Of a DNA stretch of 64,000 nt, positions 45,901 to 57,689 are shown piece after piece. The position numbers and the translations under genes are program-made. The notes under the pieces are model-generated. The model saw only the letters and a list, made by a program, of their open reading frames with translations, was not told where the DNA came from and ran no database searches. This DNA is from Candidatus Eiseniibacteriota bacterium (GTDB lineage Bacteria > Eisenbacteria > RBG-16-71-46 > CAVPCR01), in contig CAWGMA010000001.1 in NCBI GenBank assembly GCA_963823555.1, positions 1,376,001 through 1,440,000 of the forward strand, given 5' to 3'. The first letter of the stretch is position 1, and the number at the start of each line of letters is the position of its first letter.

Positions 45901-48713
45901 CTAGCTCGCCGTCTCTTCGTCGCCTGTCGTGCCCGCGTCGGGTTCCTCGGCCCGGGTCAGGAGTCGGCGCAGAGTGGCCAGCGTCGTCAGCGCCTCGATC
46001 GGAGTCAGATGATCCGGGTTCATATCATGGAGCGAGGCCAGGACCGCGCGCTCGGCTGCTGTCTGCCGGTGGGCGGGGCGTGCTCCCTCGTCGCGGCGTT
46101 CGGGTCGGGGTGATTGGTTGCCGCGGCCGCCGAATAGACTGAGCTGAGAGGGCTCCTCACCAAGCTCGGCATCCCCTTCTTCGAGCAGGGCGAGCACCTG
46201 GCGGGCGCGGCCGAGCAGCGCCGGCGGCAGACCGGCGAGCTGGGCAACGTGAATGCCATAGGAGCGGTCGGCGGCGCCCTCGACGATGCGCCGGAGAAAG
46301 CGGATTTCAGTGCCTTGCTCGCTCACGGCCACGTTCAGGTTCTTGACGTCAGGGAGTTCGCGGGCCAAGCGGGTCAGCTCATGGTAGTGAGTGGCGAAGA
46401 GCGTCCGGGGCGCGCCGCCGGGAAGGTTGTGCAGGTACTCCGCGACGGCCCACGCGATCGAGAGCCCGTCGTAGGTCGAGGTACCGCGTCCGACTTCATC
46501 GAGGAGGACGAGACTGCGCGCCGTGGCTGCCCGCACGATGACCGCTGTCTCCTCCATCTCAACCAGAAAGGTGGACTGGCCGCGGGCGATGCGGTCCGCC
46601 GCACCGACGCGGGTGAAGATGCGGTCGGTGAGGGGAATGGTGGCGGCCATGGCGGGAACGAAACTCCCGGCATGCGCCATGAGCGTGATCAGGCCCACCT
46701 GACGCAAATAGGTTGATTTCCCGGCCATGTTGGGGCCGGTGATGATGATGACGCGCGCGCCGTCTTCCCCGACCTGGGTATCGTTGGGCACGAAGGGTTC
46801 ATCGAGCCGCAGAGCTTCCACGATCGGATGGCGCCCGGAGCGGATCATCAAGGGGGCTTCAGCAACGATCTCCGGTCGCACATAGCCCCGCGCTCGCGCC
46901 GCCTCGGCGAATGCCGCGAGCGCATCGACGACCGCGATCGCCCGCGCAGTGACGAGTAGTCTCGGGACCTGGGCCGCGGTCGCCTCGCGCAGATCGAGGA
47001 AGAGCCCGTGCTCGAGGCGCGCCATCCGCTCCTCGGCGCCGAGAACCTTGGCTTCCATATCCTTGAGCTCGGGCGTGACGAAGCGCTCGGCGCCGACCAG
47101 AGTCTGCTTGCGAATGTAGTTGTCGGGTACTGCCTTGAGCTGGCCGCGGGTGACCTCGATGTAGTAACCGAAGACGCGGTTGAAGCCGACTTTCAGATTC
47201 GAGATGCCGGTCCGCGCCCGCTCCTTGGCTTCGAGCCCCGCGATCCACTGCTTGGCCTCCAGCGCCCCGCGGCGGATCTGGTCGAGCTCGGGGTGCACAC
47301 CGTCCTTGAAGAGGCCGCCCTCGGTGACGCCAAGGGGAGGATCCGGCACCAGCTCGCGGTCGATGCGTCCGGCAAGCTCGGAGAGAGGGTCGAGATCGGG
47401 TCGCACGAGATCGAGTAGCGACGGGTTCTCCGGCCCCAATCCGGGAGTTGGGCCGGCCGTGGCCTGGAGCCGGGCGATGACGGCCCCGATGTCGGGGACG
47501 AGAGCGAGCGAGTCGGCCACGGCGCGGAGCTCACGAGCGCTTCCGCGTCCGGACTCGATCCGGCTCGCGAGGCGCTCGAGATCCCCGATCGGGGTCAATG
47601 CACGGCGGAGCGCGGTCCGGGCCTCGTCCGCGGCGCAGAGCGCAGACACGGCGGCAAGGCGAGCGTGGATCACGCTCAATTCCAGACTCGGCCGGCACAG
47701 CCATCGTCTGAGGAGACGTCCACCCATGGCGGTTGCCGTCAGGTCGAGCACGCCAAGCAGTGTGCCCCGAACTGGATCGCCGCGTCTGGGCACGACATCC
47801 AGGTGGGTGAGCGTGGCCTCGTCGAGCACCATCGCGCTCCGCGTGCGCAACCGGCGAAGCGCGGTCACATGGCGGAGCGGGCTCTGCCGCATGTCGGCCA
47901 GGTACTCCAGAAGGGCTCCGGCCGCTCCGATCCCGGCGCTGAGATCGGAGACATCGAATCCGTCGAGCGATGTCGTGCCGAAGTGTCGGGCCAGGCGCTC
48001 GGTGGCGCGAGCGCGGTCGAACGCGGTGCCGGGGCGGGTGGTGACCAGAGTCTCCTGGGCATCCGAGATGCCGAGAAAGGCGGCGGGGGTACCACGCCCT
48101 CGGGGACGAGCACCTCGGCGATCGAGTAGCCCGAGAGCTCATCTTGGAGCCCCTCGGGAGAGAACTCGCCGGCGAGGAATTCACCGGTCGAGGCATCCGC
48201 GAGCGCGATTCCGAGCGTGCCGTCCGGCGCGGGCAGGATCGCTCCGAGGAACGTATTGGCACGCTCTTCCAGCAGCGACTCGGCGATCGCGGTTCCCGGT
48301 GTGATGAGCTCGGTCACCTTCCGCTCGACGAGGCCACGGGCGAGCTTCGGATCCTCGACCTGGTCGCAGATGGCGACCCGGTGGCCGGCGCGCACGAGGC
48401 GAGCCACGTAGGTGTCCACCGCGTGCCAGGGCACCCCCGCCATGGGAATGCCCGACCGCTTGTCGCGGGAGGTGAGCGTGAGCCCGAGGAGATCGGCGGC
48501 GACCACCGCGTCATCGTAGAAGAGCTCGTAGAAGTCACCCATCCGAAAGAGGAGCAATGCCTCCGGGTGGGCGGTCTTCGCGGTCATGTACTGGCGCATC
48601 ATCGGCGTCAGCTCGCCCGTTGGACCGCTGGGATGCCCGGGGCTCGGGCGGGTGGTGGGCGGTGACGGCGTTCCGGTTTCGACGGCCCCTTCTCGCTCGG
48701 TCCGGCGCGGCAC
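45901..48713 (-). CDS. mutS: DNA mismatch repair protein MutS, split by a frameshift near 48085-48089
   Basis: [15 protein letters not shown] and PMAGVP in one frame; [38 protein letters not shown] and SYGIHVA in another. Confidence 0.95.
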
Positions 48714-48724
48714 CCCAGGGGCTC

Positions 48725-49765
48725 CTAGCGCTCGACCACGCGAAAGCTGAGACCATGGGCATCGCGGAGCCGCATGCCCGTTTCTTCGGCGGTTGCCGGG
48801 TCGGCAAAGTCGCCGGCCCGCACGCGGAGGAACGTGCGGTCACCGCGCTGTTCTTCCTCGATGCGCACGTCGGTCATGCCCCATTGCTCCAGGCGGGAAG
48901 CCAGATCCTGGGCGTTCTCGCGATTGCCGAAGGCGCCGAGCTGAAGGGAATAGCGGGTGCCGGTTGGCGTCGAATCGGCGGGGGCAGCACTCGATGGAGC
49001 CGGAGTCCCGGGTCTCGCCTCATTACCTGCTGGCGATCCGCTGCGGGTGGGGGCGTCGCTACGGCCGGGGGCGACGTCCTTCGTGGCTTGATCGCGGCGC
49101 AGGCGATCCCGTGCTCCGGCGGCTTCGCTGGACTGCGGGTACTCGGCAGCCAAGCGGCGTGCCGCCGAGCGGGCCTCGTCGTGACGGCCCAGGGCGTCGT
49201 TGGCGCGGATCAGCTGCGCCAGGGCGATCGGAGCCAGCGGATCCCGCACGCCGCGCTCGGCGATGTCGCTGTAGCCAGCGACTGCTCGCTCGGTGCGTCC
49301 TTGCAGCATCAGCGCATCAGCCAGACCGAGCTTCGCTTCACTCGAAGCCGGAGCGCTCTTGAGCACATCTTCGAAGACGCGGGCAGCGAGGCCGCCTTCA
49401 CCGGCGCCGAGGAGCGCCCGCCCGCGCAGGAGCTTGCGGCGAGCACGGGCCGGGTCATCGGTGCTGCGCTCAGCGGCATGCTCATAGTTCTTGGCGGCCG
49501 TGAGGTATTCCCCCCGAGCGTAGTGCAGGTCCCCCATGATCTCGGCGGCATCCGCCGCCCGCGGGTGCTTGCTGTAGTCCGCAAGCAGGGTCTCGGCGGC
49601 CTGGCGCACCTGATCGACATCGACTCCATCCAGCGCGGCGAGGAGAGCGGGAGGCGGTTCGTCAGCCTCCACGGCGGCAGGGACTGCCATCCAGAAGCCG
49701 GCCAGAAGGAGGACGTGGAGCGAATACGGGATCAGCTGGGGATACGAACGGAGCGGGCGCGCCAT
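48725..49765 (-). CDS. Exported TPR + SPOR domain protein
   Basis: Signal peptide, TPR-like helices, then [14 protein letters not shown]...RVRAGDF SPOR domain. Confidence 0.85.
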   Translation of the reverse strand: MARPLRSYPQLIPYSLHVLLLAGFWMAVPAAVEADEPPPALLAALDGVDVDQVRQAAETLLADYSKHPRAADAAEIMGDLHYARGEYLTAAKNYEHAAERSTDDPARARRKLLRGRALLGAGEGGLAARVFEDVLKSAPASSEAKLGLADALMLQGRTERAVAGYSDIAERGVRDPLAPIALAQLIRANDALGRHDEARSAARRLAAEYPQSSEAAGARDRLRRDQATKDVAPGRSDAPTRSGSPAGNEARPGTPAPSSAAPADSTPTGTRYSLQLGAFGNRENAQDLASRLEQWGMTDVRIEEEQRGDRTFLRVRAGDFADPATAEETGMRLRDAHGLSFRVVER

Positions 49766-49894
49766 GATGGAAGCACATTACCATCGAGCCCGCGACCGGT
49801 CCAGGTGGGGCGATGCTTGCGTCCCCCATGTGGCGGCGGCCGGCCTCCGTGTGGAGACCGGCCGCCTGACGGACAGTGGACGTCGTGACGAAGA

Positions 49895-51941
49895 TCAGGA
49901 GTCCTTGGCCTCCTCGGTCGCGGTCTCAGCCTCGGCCTCGGTCCCGGCCTCGGCCCCAGCGTCAGCCTGCTCTCCCGGCGCTTCGTCCCCTGGCGCGAGC
50001 TTGGCTGCTTCGGCCGCCAGCGCCTCGGCCGCCGCCATGGCGTCGGCCTCGGCCTGATCGGCCGCCGAGCTGTCCTTCGACTTCTTCTTGCGCTTCTTCG
50101 CCTCCGCGGTCTCCTCCCCCTCCTCGGTCACCGCATCGCGGCTACCGAATCGGGAGTGGAAGTCGCGCACCGCCTCTTCATCGGCCATCTCGAGGAAGCG
50201 GCGGACGGAGAGCACGATTCGATGCTGATCGGGGTCGACGCGGATCACGCTGAGCGGTATCTCGTCCCCATCGGAGAAGGCATCGCCCGGCTTGGTCAGA
50301 CTATCGATGCCGAGCTGCGACACCGGGACGAAGCCCTCGATCTCGTCCCCGAGATCAACCACCGCCCCCTTGTCGAGAAGTCGCCGCACGGTGCCCCGGA
50401 CCTGGTGATCGGGCGGGAAGTGGTCGGACATCTCGCTCCAGGGGTCGACCATCGTCTGCTTGAGGCCGAGTGACACTCGACGCTCGTCGCGGTCGATCTT
50501 GAGGACAACGACGTCGATCTCATCGCCCTTCTTGAGGACCTCCGATGGGTGCATGACACGCTTGGTCCACGACATGTCGGAGACGTGAACCAGACCGTCG
50601 ATGCCCTCCTCGAGCTCGACGAAGGCGCCGAAGTTGGTGAGGTTGCGCACCTTGCCCCGCAGGCGGGTGCCTGGCGGGTACTTGAGATCGAGCGTGCCCC
50701 ACGGATCGGGCTCGATCTGCTTGAGGCCGAGCGAGATCTTCTCGTGCTCCTTGTCGACCTTGAGCACGACCGCCTCGACCTGGTCGCCGACGTTGACGAC
50801 CTTCGACGGATGACGCACATGGCGGGTCCATGACATCTCGGAGACGTGGATCAGACCCTCGACGCCCTTCTCGAGCTCGACGAAGGCGCCGTAGTCGGTG
50901 ATCGAGACCACCTTTCCGGTGACCTTCTGGCCGACGGGGTACTTCTCCTCGACATTCTCCCACGGATAGGGCTGCAGCTGCTTGAGGCCGAGCGAGATGC
51001 GCTCGCGCTCGGGGTCGAAGTTGAGCACCTTGACCTGCATCTTGTCGCCGATCTTGACGACCTCGGACGGATGCGACACCCGACCCCACGACATGTCGGT
51101 GATGTGCAGGAGACCGTCGATGCCGCCGAGATCGACGAAGGCACCGAAGTCGGTGATGTTCTTGACCATGCCCTCGCGGATCTGGCCCTTCTCCAGCTCG
51201 GACAGGAGCTCCGTCTTCATGCTTCTCGCGCTCTTCCTCGAGCACGACGCGGCGCGAGACGACGATGTTGCGGCGGCGCTTGTTGAGCTTGATGATCTTG
51301 AACCGGAGGGCCTGATTGAGCAGCTCATCCAGGTTCTGGACCTGGCGCAGCGCGATCTGGCTCCCGGGAAGGAACGCCTCGACGCCGTAGAGGTCGACGA
51401 CGACACCGCCCTTGATCTTGCGCACGAGCCTGCCTTCGACCACCTCGCCGGCGTCGGCGGCGTCCTTGACGCGATCCCAGACCTTGACGAAGTCGGCGCG
51501 CTGCTTGGAGAGGACGACCAGGCCGTCCTGGTTCTCCATCTTCTCGAGGAAGACCTCGATCTCGTCACCGACCTTGATGCCCTCGAGAGTCGGGAACTCG
51601 TCCGGCTTGATGACGCCCTCGGACTTGAAACCGACGTCGACGAGCACTTCGGTCGGCGAGATCTCGAGCACACGCCCACGGACGATCTCTCCCTCTTCGA
51701 GATCCTTGAACGACTCCTCGTAGAGCGCTTCGAGCTCGAGCCGCTTTTCATCGCTCGCATAGTCGGGATCGTCCGGATCCTGGGGCAGGAGCGACCGAAT
51801 CCGCGGCGCGCGCTTCGCCGGCCGTGGGGACGCGTCTGAGTCGTCATCCTCCTCGTCGTCATCTTCCGTGACGGAAGCAGGACGCGTGCTCCCCTTGTGA
51901 CGCGGGGCGTCGTGACTTCTGGGGGTTCCTTCGAACACCAT
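49895..51941 (-). CDS. rpsA: 30S ribosomal protein S1, frameshifted near 51221
   Basis: SD AAGGAGGT; DVGFKSEG, AFLPGSQ and NIVVSRR in one frame; VKNITDFGAFVDLGGIDGLLH and later S1 repeats in another. Confidence 0.96.
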
Positions 51942-52001
51942 GGTAACCAATGACCTCCTTGACCCTTTAAATTCGCCGCACACGGGCGGCGGGCACCCGC
52001 A

Positions 52002-53372
52002 TCACGGACTAGCTTTGAGCTCGGCAATTGCCGCCATTACCTGAAGGGTATGAGCGCGCAATGCCTCACGCCAGGCACGACCTTCCCCGGTTTCGGGAGG
52101 CGCAATCGGCATCCCGAAGCGAACAAGAATGGGCGTGCGGCGGAGGAAGGCATCGCCAAGACGCAGGGTCCCCCCGATATAGGCCGGGACAATGGGCACC
52201 CCGGTCTCGGCGGCAAGCAAGGACACCCCAGGGCGCCCCTGACCGAGCTCACCAGTCCGGATCCGCGTACCTTCGGGGAAGAGTAGCAGGCCCAAGCCCT
52301 TGGCGACGACATTCTTTGCCGTCTCCAGGGCTTTTCGATCCAGGGTCTGGCGATCGATCGGAAAGGCCCCGAGGGCCACGATGAGGTGGCTGAGCCCGGC
52401 CTTCCGAAAGAGCTCTCGCTTGGCAAGGTAGGCCAGGCGGCGTGGGCTCGATGCGCCCAGGATCGGCGGATCAACGAAGGAGACGTGGTTGGAGGCGAGG
52501 ATAAATCCTCCCCGGACAGGCAGATGCTCGATTCCCTCAATGTGTAGCCCGAAGAGGAGCCGGGACAGGTTGCGGACGATCCAGCCGCTGGCGGCGTAGA
52601 AGCCGCGGACCGGGGGGGCCTCCCCCTCCCCTCTCCGGGGGGCTGGCGACGGCGTCGCGGAAGGCGCACGCCGCGCCACCTCGGCCAGGACGCGTGCGAC
52701 CTGCTCGTCGATGGTGAGGCCGCTCGTATCCACGACCACCGCGTCCGGGGCGACCCGGAGCGGGCTCTCCACGCGCTCCACATCCCGGCGGTCGCGCTCC
52801 TCGATGAGGCGCCGGATGTCCTCCGTGTCGGTCGGGAGGCGGCTTGCCGCGATCTCCTGTTCCCGCCGCCGGGCGCGGGTGTCGAGGTTCGCATCGAGGA
52901 AGATCTTCACCGTGGCCGTCGGCAGCACCACGGTGCCGATGTCGCGACCCTCCATCACCACGCCTCGGTCGCGGGCGAGGGCGCGCTGGCGGCGGACCAG
53001 ATCGGCCCGCACCGCGCGGAAAGGAGCGATGGTCGACGCCAGGTTGCCGACGCGCTCGTCGCGGATGGCCCTCGTGACATCCTCACCGTCCAGGATCACG
53101 CGCGTTTCGCCCTGGACACCGGGTGCGAGGTCGATCGCCGTCGCCGCGAGGAAGGCAGCGAGCCCCCGTGGGTCGTCGAGGTCGATGGGATCGCGCAGCA
53201 GCTTGAGGGCCAGAGCGCGGTACATGGCGCCCGAGTCGACATAGAGCAGGCTGAGGTGGCGAGCCACGGCGCGAGCCGTGGTCGACTTGCCTGCGGCCGC
53301 GGGGCCGTCGATGGCGATGCTGATCGGGATCGGTGCCTGGTCGGCGACCCCTCCGCATTCCATGGGCGTCAC
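52002..53372 (-). CDS. cmk: Cytidylate kinase fused to 1-acyl-sn-glycerol-3-phosphate acyltransferase (Cmk-PlsC)
   Basis: IAIDGPAAAGKST, DSGAMYRA and EGRDIGTVV, followed by NHVSFVDP and FPEGTR in the same frame. Confidence 0.92.
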   Translation of the reverse strand: MTPMECGGVADQAPIPISIAIDGPAAAGKSTTARAVARHLSLLYVDSGAMYRALALKLLRDPIDLDDPRGLAAFLAATAIDLAPGVQGETRVILDGEDVTRAIRDERVGNLASTIAPFRAVRADLVRRQRALARDRGVVMEGRDIGTVVLPTATVKIFLDANLDTRARRREQEIAASRLPTDTEDIRRLIEERDRRDVERVESPLRVAPDAVVVDTSGLTIDEQVARVLAEVARRAPSATPSPAPRRGEGEAPPVRGFYAASGWIVRNLSRLLFGLHIEGIEHLPVRGGFILASNHVSFVDPPILGASSPRRLAYLAKRELFRKAGLSHLIVALGAFPIDRQTLDRKALETAKNVVAKGLGLLLFPEGTRIRTGELGQGRPGVSLLAAETGVPIVPAYIGGTLRLGDAFLRRTPILVRFGMPIAPPETGEGRAWREALRAHTLQVMAAIAELKASP

Positions 53373-54694
53373 CGTCGCGATCTCAGGTTCGAGAGCTGGG
53401 CCGCAAAATCCGGGAACGAGGTCGCGATCCCGCCGGTACCGTGGATATCGAACGGCCCCGCCGCGCCCAATGCCAGGACGGCCAAGGCCATGGCGATGCG
53501 ATGGTCCCCACCGGCGTCGACCGTGGCGCCCTGCGGGCGCAGTCCGCCGTGAACGATGAAGCCCCGGGCCCGCTCCTCGACGCGGACGCCACTTGCGGCG
53601 AGCCCGCGGCAGACGAGACTGATGCGGTCGGATTCCTTGACGCGAAGCTCCGCTGCATCGTCGACCGTCGTCGAGCCGGTGGCGAATGCGGCGGCGACCG
53701 CAAGGACCGGGAGCTCGTCGATCAGGGAAGGGATGCGGGCACCACCGATCTCGATGCCGTGGAGTGAACTGGAGCGCGCCACCACGGTCGCCGTGGGCTC
53801 GATGCCATCCTCAGTGAGACCGCGGACCTCGATCTCGCCCCCCATCTCGATCAGGGCGTCGATCACGCCGCGCCGCGTCGGATTCATCGCCACGCGCTCG
53901 ATCGTGACCTCCGAGTCGGGAAGGATGAGCGCAGCCACCAGGAAGAAGGCCGCGGCCGAGGGATCGCCAGGCACATCGATGGTCGTGGCCTTGAGCGGCG
54001 CACCGCCCTCGACCGTCACGGCGACCTCCGCGCTGCCCTCCTCGATCGCCGGCGGAACCCCGAATGCCCGGAGCATCCGCTCCGTGTGATCACGGCTCCG
54101 GATCGCCTCGCGCACCGTGGTGCGGCCACTGGCCTTCAACGCGGCCAGGAGCAGGGCTGATTTGACCTGGGCGCTCGCCACGGGAAGTCGGTAATCGATC
54201 GCGCGCAGCGCAGCTCCCCGGATCACGAGGGGGGCCCGGCCTTCGGCTCGAGCCAGGATCCGGCCTCCCATGCGCCCGAGGGGCTCGATGATGCGGGCCA
54301 TCGGCCGCCCGCGGAGCGAGGCGTCCCCGGTCAGGACGGCCATTCCGGAGCCCCCGGCCAGGATCCCGGCCAGGAGCCGCATCGTGGTTCCCGAGTTGCC
54401 GCAATCGATCACCTGCTCCGGTTCCGTGATGGCACCGGCCACGCCGTCGATCGTGATGGCATCGGGTGCGCGCCCGACCCGGGCGCCGAGCAGGCTCATG
54501 GCCGCCAGGCTGGCGGTGCAGTCGAGCCCGAGGTTGGCACCGATGACGTGAGTCGTTCCCTGAGCCAGCCCACCCATGAGGAACGCGCGATGCGTGATGG
54601 ACTTGTCACCGGGGACGGTGAACGTGCCGCGGATCTGCCGCGCCGGTTCGATGCGCAGCGCCTCGGGCGGGCGGGCGGGAGTTCCGGTATGCAC
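53369..54694 (-). CDS. aroA: 3-phosphoshikimate 1-carboxyvinyltransferase
   Basis: PGDKSITHR, DCGNSGTTMRL, SAQVKS, RDHTE, RVKESDR and DHRIAM motifs. Confidence 0.97.
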   Translation of the reverse strand: MHTGTPARPPEALRIEPARQIRGTFTVPGDKSITHRAFLMGGLAQGTTHVIGANLGLDCTASLAAMSLLGARVGRAPDAITIDGVAGAITEPEQVIDCGNSGTTMRLLAGILAGGSGMAVLTGDASLRGRPMARIIEPLGRMGGRILARAEGRAPLVIRGAALRAIDYRLPVASAQVKSALLLAALKASGRTTVREAIRSRDHTERMLRAFGVPPAIEEGSAEVAVTVEGGAPLKATTIDVPGDPSAAAFFLVAALILPDSEVTIERVAMNPTRRGVIDALIEMGGEIEVRGLTEDGIEPTATVVARSSSLHGIEIGGARIPSLIDELPVLAVAAAFATGSTTVDDAAELRVKESDRISLVCRGLAASGVRVEERARGFIVHGGLRPQGATVDAGGDHRIAMALAVLALGAAGPFDIHGTGGIATSFPDFAAQLSNLRSRR

Positions 54695-54696
54695 TG

Positions 54697-55821
54697 CTAC
54701 GTATGCGCCAGCGCAGCGGTGAGCCCGGCGATCAAGCGCTCGTTCTCCGGGCGGATGCCCACCGTGATGCGCACGAATTCCGGCGGCAGCCGGAAGGGAC
54801 CCATGGGACGAATGATGACGCCGCGTCTTTCGAGCTCGGCGGCCACCGGTGAGGCAGGAACGGGCAACCGAACCAGGAGGAAGTTGGCCACGCTCTCGAT
54901 CACCTCGATGCCGAGAGGTGCGAACTCGTCCTTCAAGAAGGCCATCCCATCACGGTTGACGCGGATTGAACGCTCGATCTGGCCCGAGTCGTCGAGACTG
55001 GCAAGAGCTGCCACCTGTGCCGGGGTGGTGACGTTGAAGGGCATGCGCACGCGGTTGAGAAGGCCGGCGGTCTCCGGCTGCGTGATCGTGTAACCGATGC
55101 GCAGGGCCGCCAGCGAGTAGATCTTCGAGAACGTGCGGAGAACGGCGATGTGACGGCCGGCGCGCAGATAGTCGAGCGAACGCGGATAGTCATCCCGGGT
55201 GACGTATTCGTGATAGGCCTCGTCGAAGACGACCAGCACCTCGGGCGGTACCTTCTCCATGAAGCGCTCGACTTCCGCCCGCGACACCATGGTCCCGGTC
55301 GGGTTGTTCGGGTTGCAGACGAAGACCATGCGAGTGCGCGGGCCAATGGCGGCGGCCATCGCGTCGAGATCGTGGATGAAATCCCGGCACGGGACCTGGA
55401 CCGGCTTGCCCCCGGTCACCCGAACCGCGGGCAGGTACATGGGGAAGGTGGGATCCGCCATCACGGCCTCGTCACCGGACCCGACGAAGACGTGAGCCAA
55501 GAGCTCGATCAGCTCATTGGATCCCGAGCCCACGACGATCTGGTTCAGGTCCACGCCATGGATGTCGGCGAGGCGGGTCCTGAGCTCGTACGACGTACCC
55601 TCGGGGTACCGGTTCAGCTCGCCGAGCGCAGCGAGAATGGCCTCCCGCGCCCGCGGTGACGGACCGAGGGGGTTCTCGTTGGAGGCGAGCTTGATGGCGT
55701 CGCGCACGCCGAGCTCTCGTTCCAGAACGGAGAGCGGCTTGCCTGGGATATAGGGCGCGAGGTCGAGCACCTCGCGTCGGGGGACGATGATGGAATTCCC
55801 GGCCTCAGTCTTCGCGCTCAC
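54697..55821 (-). CDS. hisC: Histidinol-phosphate aminotransferase
   Basis: KLASNENP, CNPNNPTG, DEAY and RTFSKIYSLAALRIGY motifs. Confidence 0.95.
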   Translation of the reverse strand: MSAKTEAGNSIIVPRREVLDLAPYIPGKPLSVLERELGVRDAIKLASNENPLGPSPRAREAILAALGELNRYPEGTSYELRTRLADIHGVDLNQIVVGSGSNELIELLAHVFVGSGDEAVMADPTFPMYLPAVRVTGGKPVQVPCRDFIHDLDAMAAAIGPRTRMVFVCNPNNPTGTMVSRAEVERFMEKVPPEVLVVFDEAYHEYVTRDDYPRSLDYLRAGRHIAVLRTFSKIYSLAALRIGYTITQPETAGLLNRVRMPFNVTTPAQVAALASLDDSGQIERSIRVNRDGMAFLKDEFAPLGIEVIESVANFLLVRLPVPASPVAAELERRGVIIRPMGPFRLPPEFVRITVGIRPENERLIAGLTAALAHT

Positions 55822-55927
55822 CTGGTGACCACTCCGCGGGGATCGGTTGTGGGTGCCTCACGCGCCGGTTCGGCGCGCAGGTCCCGGCCGGATGGTAGTG
55901 AAGACGCCGCCCGTTGCCAAGCCGCGC

Positions 55928-56827
55928 CTAGGCGGACTCTCCGGGGGCGGCTCCCGGCTCCCCCCCGGCCGGTGGAGGAGCCATGACGCGGCGCCGATGG
56001 GGCAGGCCGGCGGCCGCTTCCAGCGCCTTGACCTCTTCAGGCGCCAGCTCGCGCATGGTCCCCGGAGCGAGGGATCCCAGCTCGATCGGGCCGAAGCGGG
56101 TCCGCACGAGGCGAGTCACCTTGATGCCGAGGGCCTCGCACATGCGGCGGATCTGCCGCTTCTTGCCCTCGCGGATCTCGATCTCGAGCGTGCCATCGGA
56201 GCCGGCCTCGACGCGGGCCGGGCGCGTGGCGACACCGGGCTCGATCTCCACACCGGCCCTGAGCTGCTCGACGTCGGAAGCGCGAGCCACGGGCGCGGTC
56301 CAGACCCGATAGCACTTGGCGACATGGTAGCGCGGGTGCAAGAGGCGATGGGCGAGCGTACCGTCGTTGGTGAGGAGGAGGATCCCCTCGGAGTCGAAGT
56401 CGAGACGCCCCACGGGGAAGAGGCGAGCTTGCCAGCGAGTCTCAGGAAGCAGATCGATGACGGTGGGGCGACCCTGGGGATCGCGGACCGTGGTCATCAC
56501 GCCGCGCGGTTTGTGCAGGATCACGTAGCGCGGAATCTCGAGGGCGCCGACCGCCATCCCATCGACCGCCACATGGTCCCGTCCCGGCAGGACCAGCGTA
56601 CCGAGTTCGGATACCCGCGCTCCGTTGACCGTGACGCGGCCCGCTTCGATCAGGCGGTCGGCGCTTCGGCGGGAAGCAATGCCGGCCTGGGCCAGGAAAC
56701 GATTGAGTCGGATGCGGCGGATCTCGGCGAGCAGGTCGGGAGGACCCGACCCGGCGCGGGCGGCGCGAACCGATCGCGTTTCCCTCGGTGGTTCAGTCGA
56801 GTCGCTCGAGCTCGATGGCGGCGTCAT
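55928..56827 (-). CDS. rluB: rRNA pseudouridine synthase (RluB/RsuA family)
   Basis: S4 domain RLNRFLA...SRR; PVGRLDFDSEG and EGKKRQIRRM motifs; follows scpB. Confidence 0.9.
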   Translation of the reverse strand: MTPPSSSSDSTEPPRETRSVRAARAGSGPPDLLAEIRRIRLNRFLAQAGIASRRSADRLIEAGRVTVNGARVSELGTLVLPGRDHVAVDGMAVGALEIPRYVILHKPRGVMTTVRDPQGRPTVIDLLPETRWQARLFPVGRLDFDSEGILLLTNDGTLAHRLLHPRYHVAKCYRVWTAPVARASDVEQLRAGVEIEPGVATRPARVEAGSDGTLEIEIREGKKRQIRRMCEALGIKVTRLVRTRFGPIELGSLAPGTMRELAPEEVKALEAAAGLPHRRRVMAPPPAGGEPGAAPGESA

Positions 56828-57689
56828 CCATTTCTTCCTGATCGTCAGGAGCCAGTGACACCCCGGCAGGCCGAGGGTCTGTCATCGAGCTCTCTCGGCC
56901 ACCCGCGTTGGCCGGGACTCGGTAGAGACCGGGACCTGCCGTCACCTCCGTCCGCTCGTCGTCCTCGAGCCCGTCCAGCGGTTCTTCCAGATCAGGATCC
57001 GTGGTCTCGGCGAGCTGGCTCTCGATCGGGGCCGGAGGCGCCGTCGCGAGAGCATCGGTGCCCGTCCCCTCCCCGGGCGGGGACTCGATGTCCTCGAGCC
57101 CGAGCAGCTCCTCGGGCAACTCCTCCCGCTCCTTGAGCAGGGACTCGATCTCGTCGAGACGGGGCAGGTCCTCCAGCCGGTCGAGGCCGAAGTACTCGAG
57201 GAACTCACCCGTCGTGGCGTAGAGGAGCGGCCTTCCGATACCGCGCGAGCGCCCGCGCACGGTGATGAGGTTGCGTTCGAGCAGGGTGTGGAGCACCGCG
57301 CCGGAGTCGACCCCGCGGATCTCCTCCATCTCGCTGCGCGTGACGGGTTGGCGATAAGCGATGATGGCGAGGGTCTCGACGGCTGCTCGCGATAGCCTCG
57401 CCTTCCGACTCCCCCGCTGGAAACGGACGACCCAGCTGGCATACATCTCCCGGGTGCAGATCTGGTAGCCCCCGGCGATGCGCAGGATCTCGAAGGCATG
57501 GCCAGCCTGCTGATAGTCGCGACCCAGGGCATCCAGGGCCTCGCGGATCGCATCGGCGTTCTCGGCGGGCAACGCCTCGCCCAGCATATCGATCGTCACC
57601 GGACCATCGTGGGCGAAGAGGATGGCCTCGAGGACCCGCTTGAGCTGCTCGGTATCGAGGGGAGTCTCGGTGCGGGAGATGGGACTCAT
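56793..57689 (-). CDS. scpB: SMC-Scp complex subunit ScpB
   Basis: LEAILFA, LSRAAVETLAIIAYRQPVTR, IRGVD and FLEYFGL motifs. Confidence 0.95.
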   Translation of the reverse strand: MSPISRTETPLDTEQLKRVLEAILFAHDGPVTIDMLGEALPAENADAIREALDALGRDYQQAGHAFEILRIAGGYQICTREMYASWVVRFQRGSRKARLSRAAVETLAIIAYRQPVTRSEMEEIRGVDSGAVLHTLLERNLITVRGRSRGIGRPLLYATTGEFLEYFGLDRLEDLPRLDEIESLLKEREELPEELLGLEDIESPPGEGTGTDALATAPPAPIESQLAETTDPDLEEPLDGLEDDERTEVTAGPGLYRVPANAGGRESSMTDPRPAGVSLAPDDQEEMDDAAIELERLD

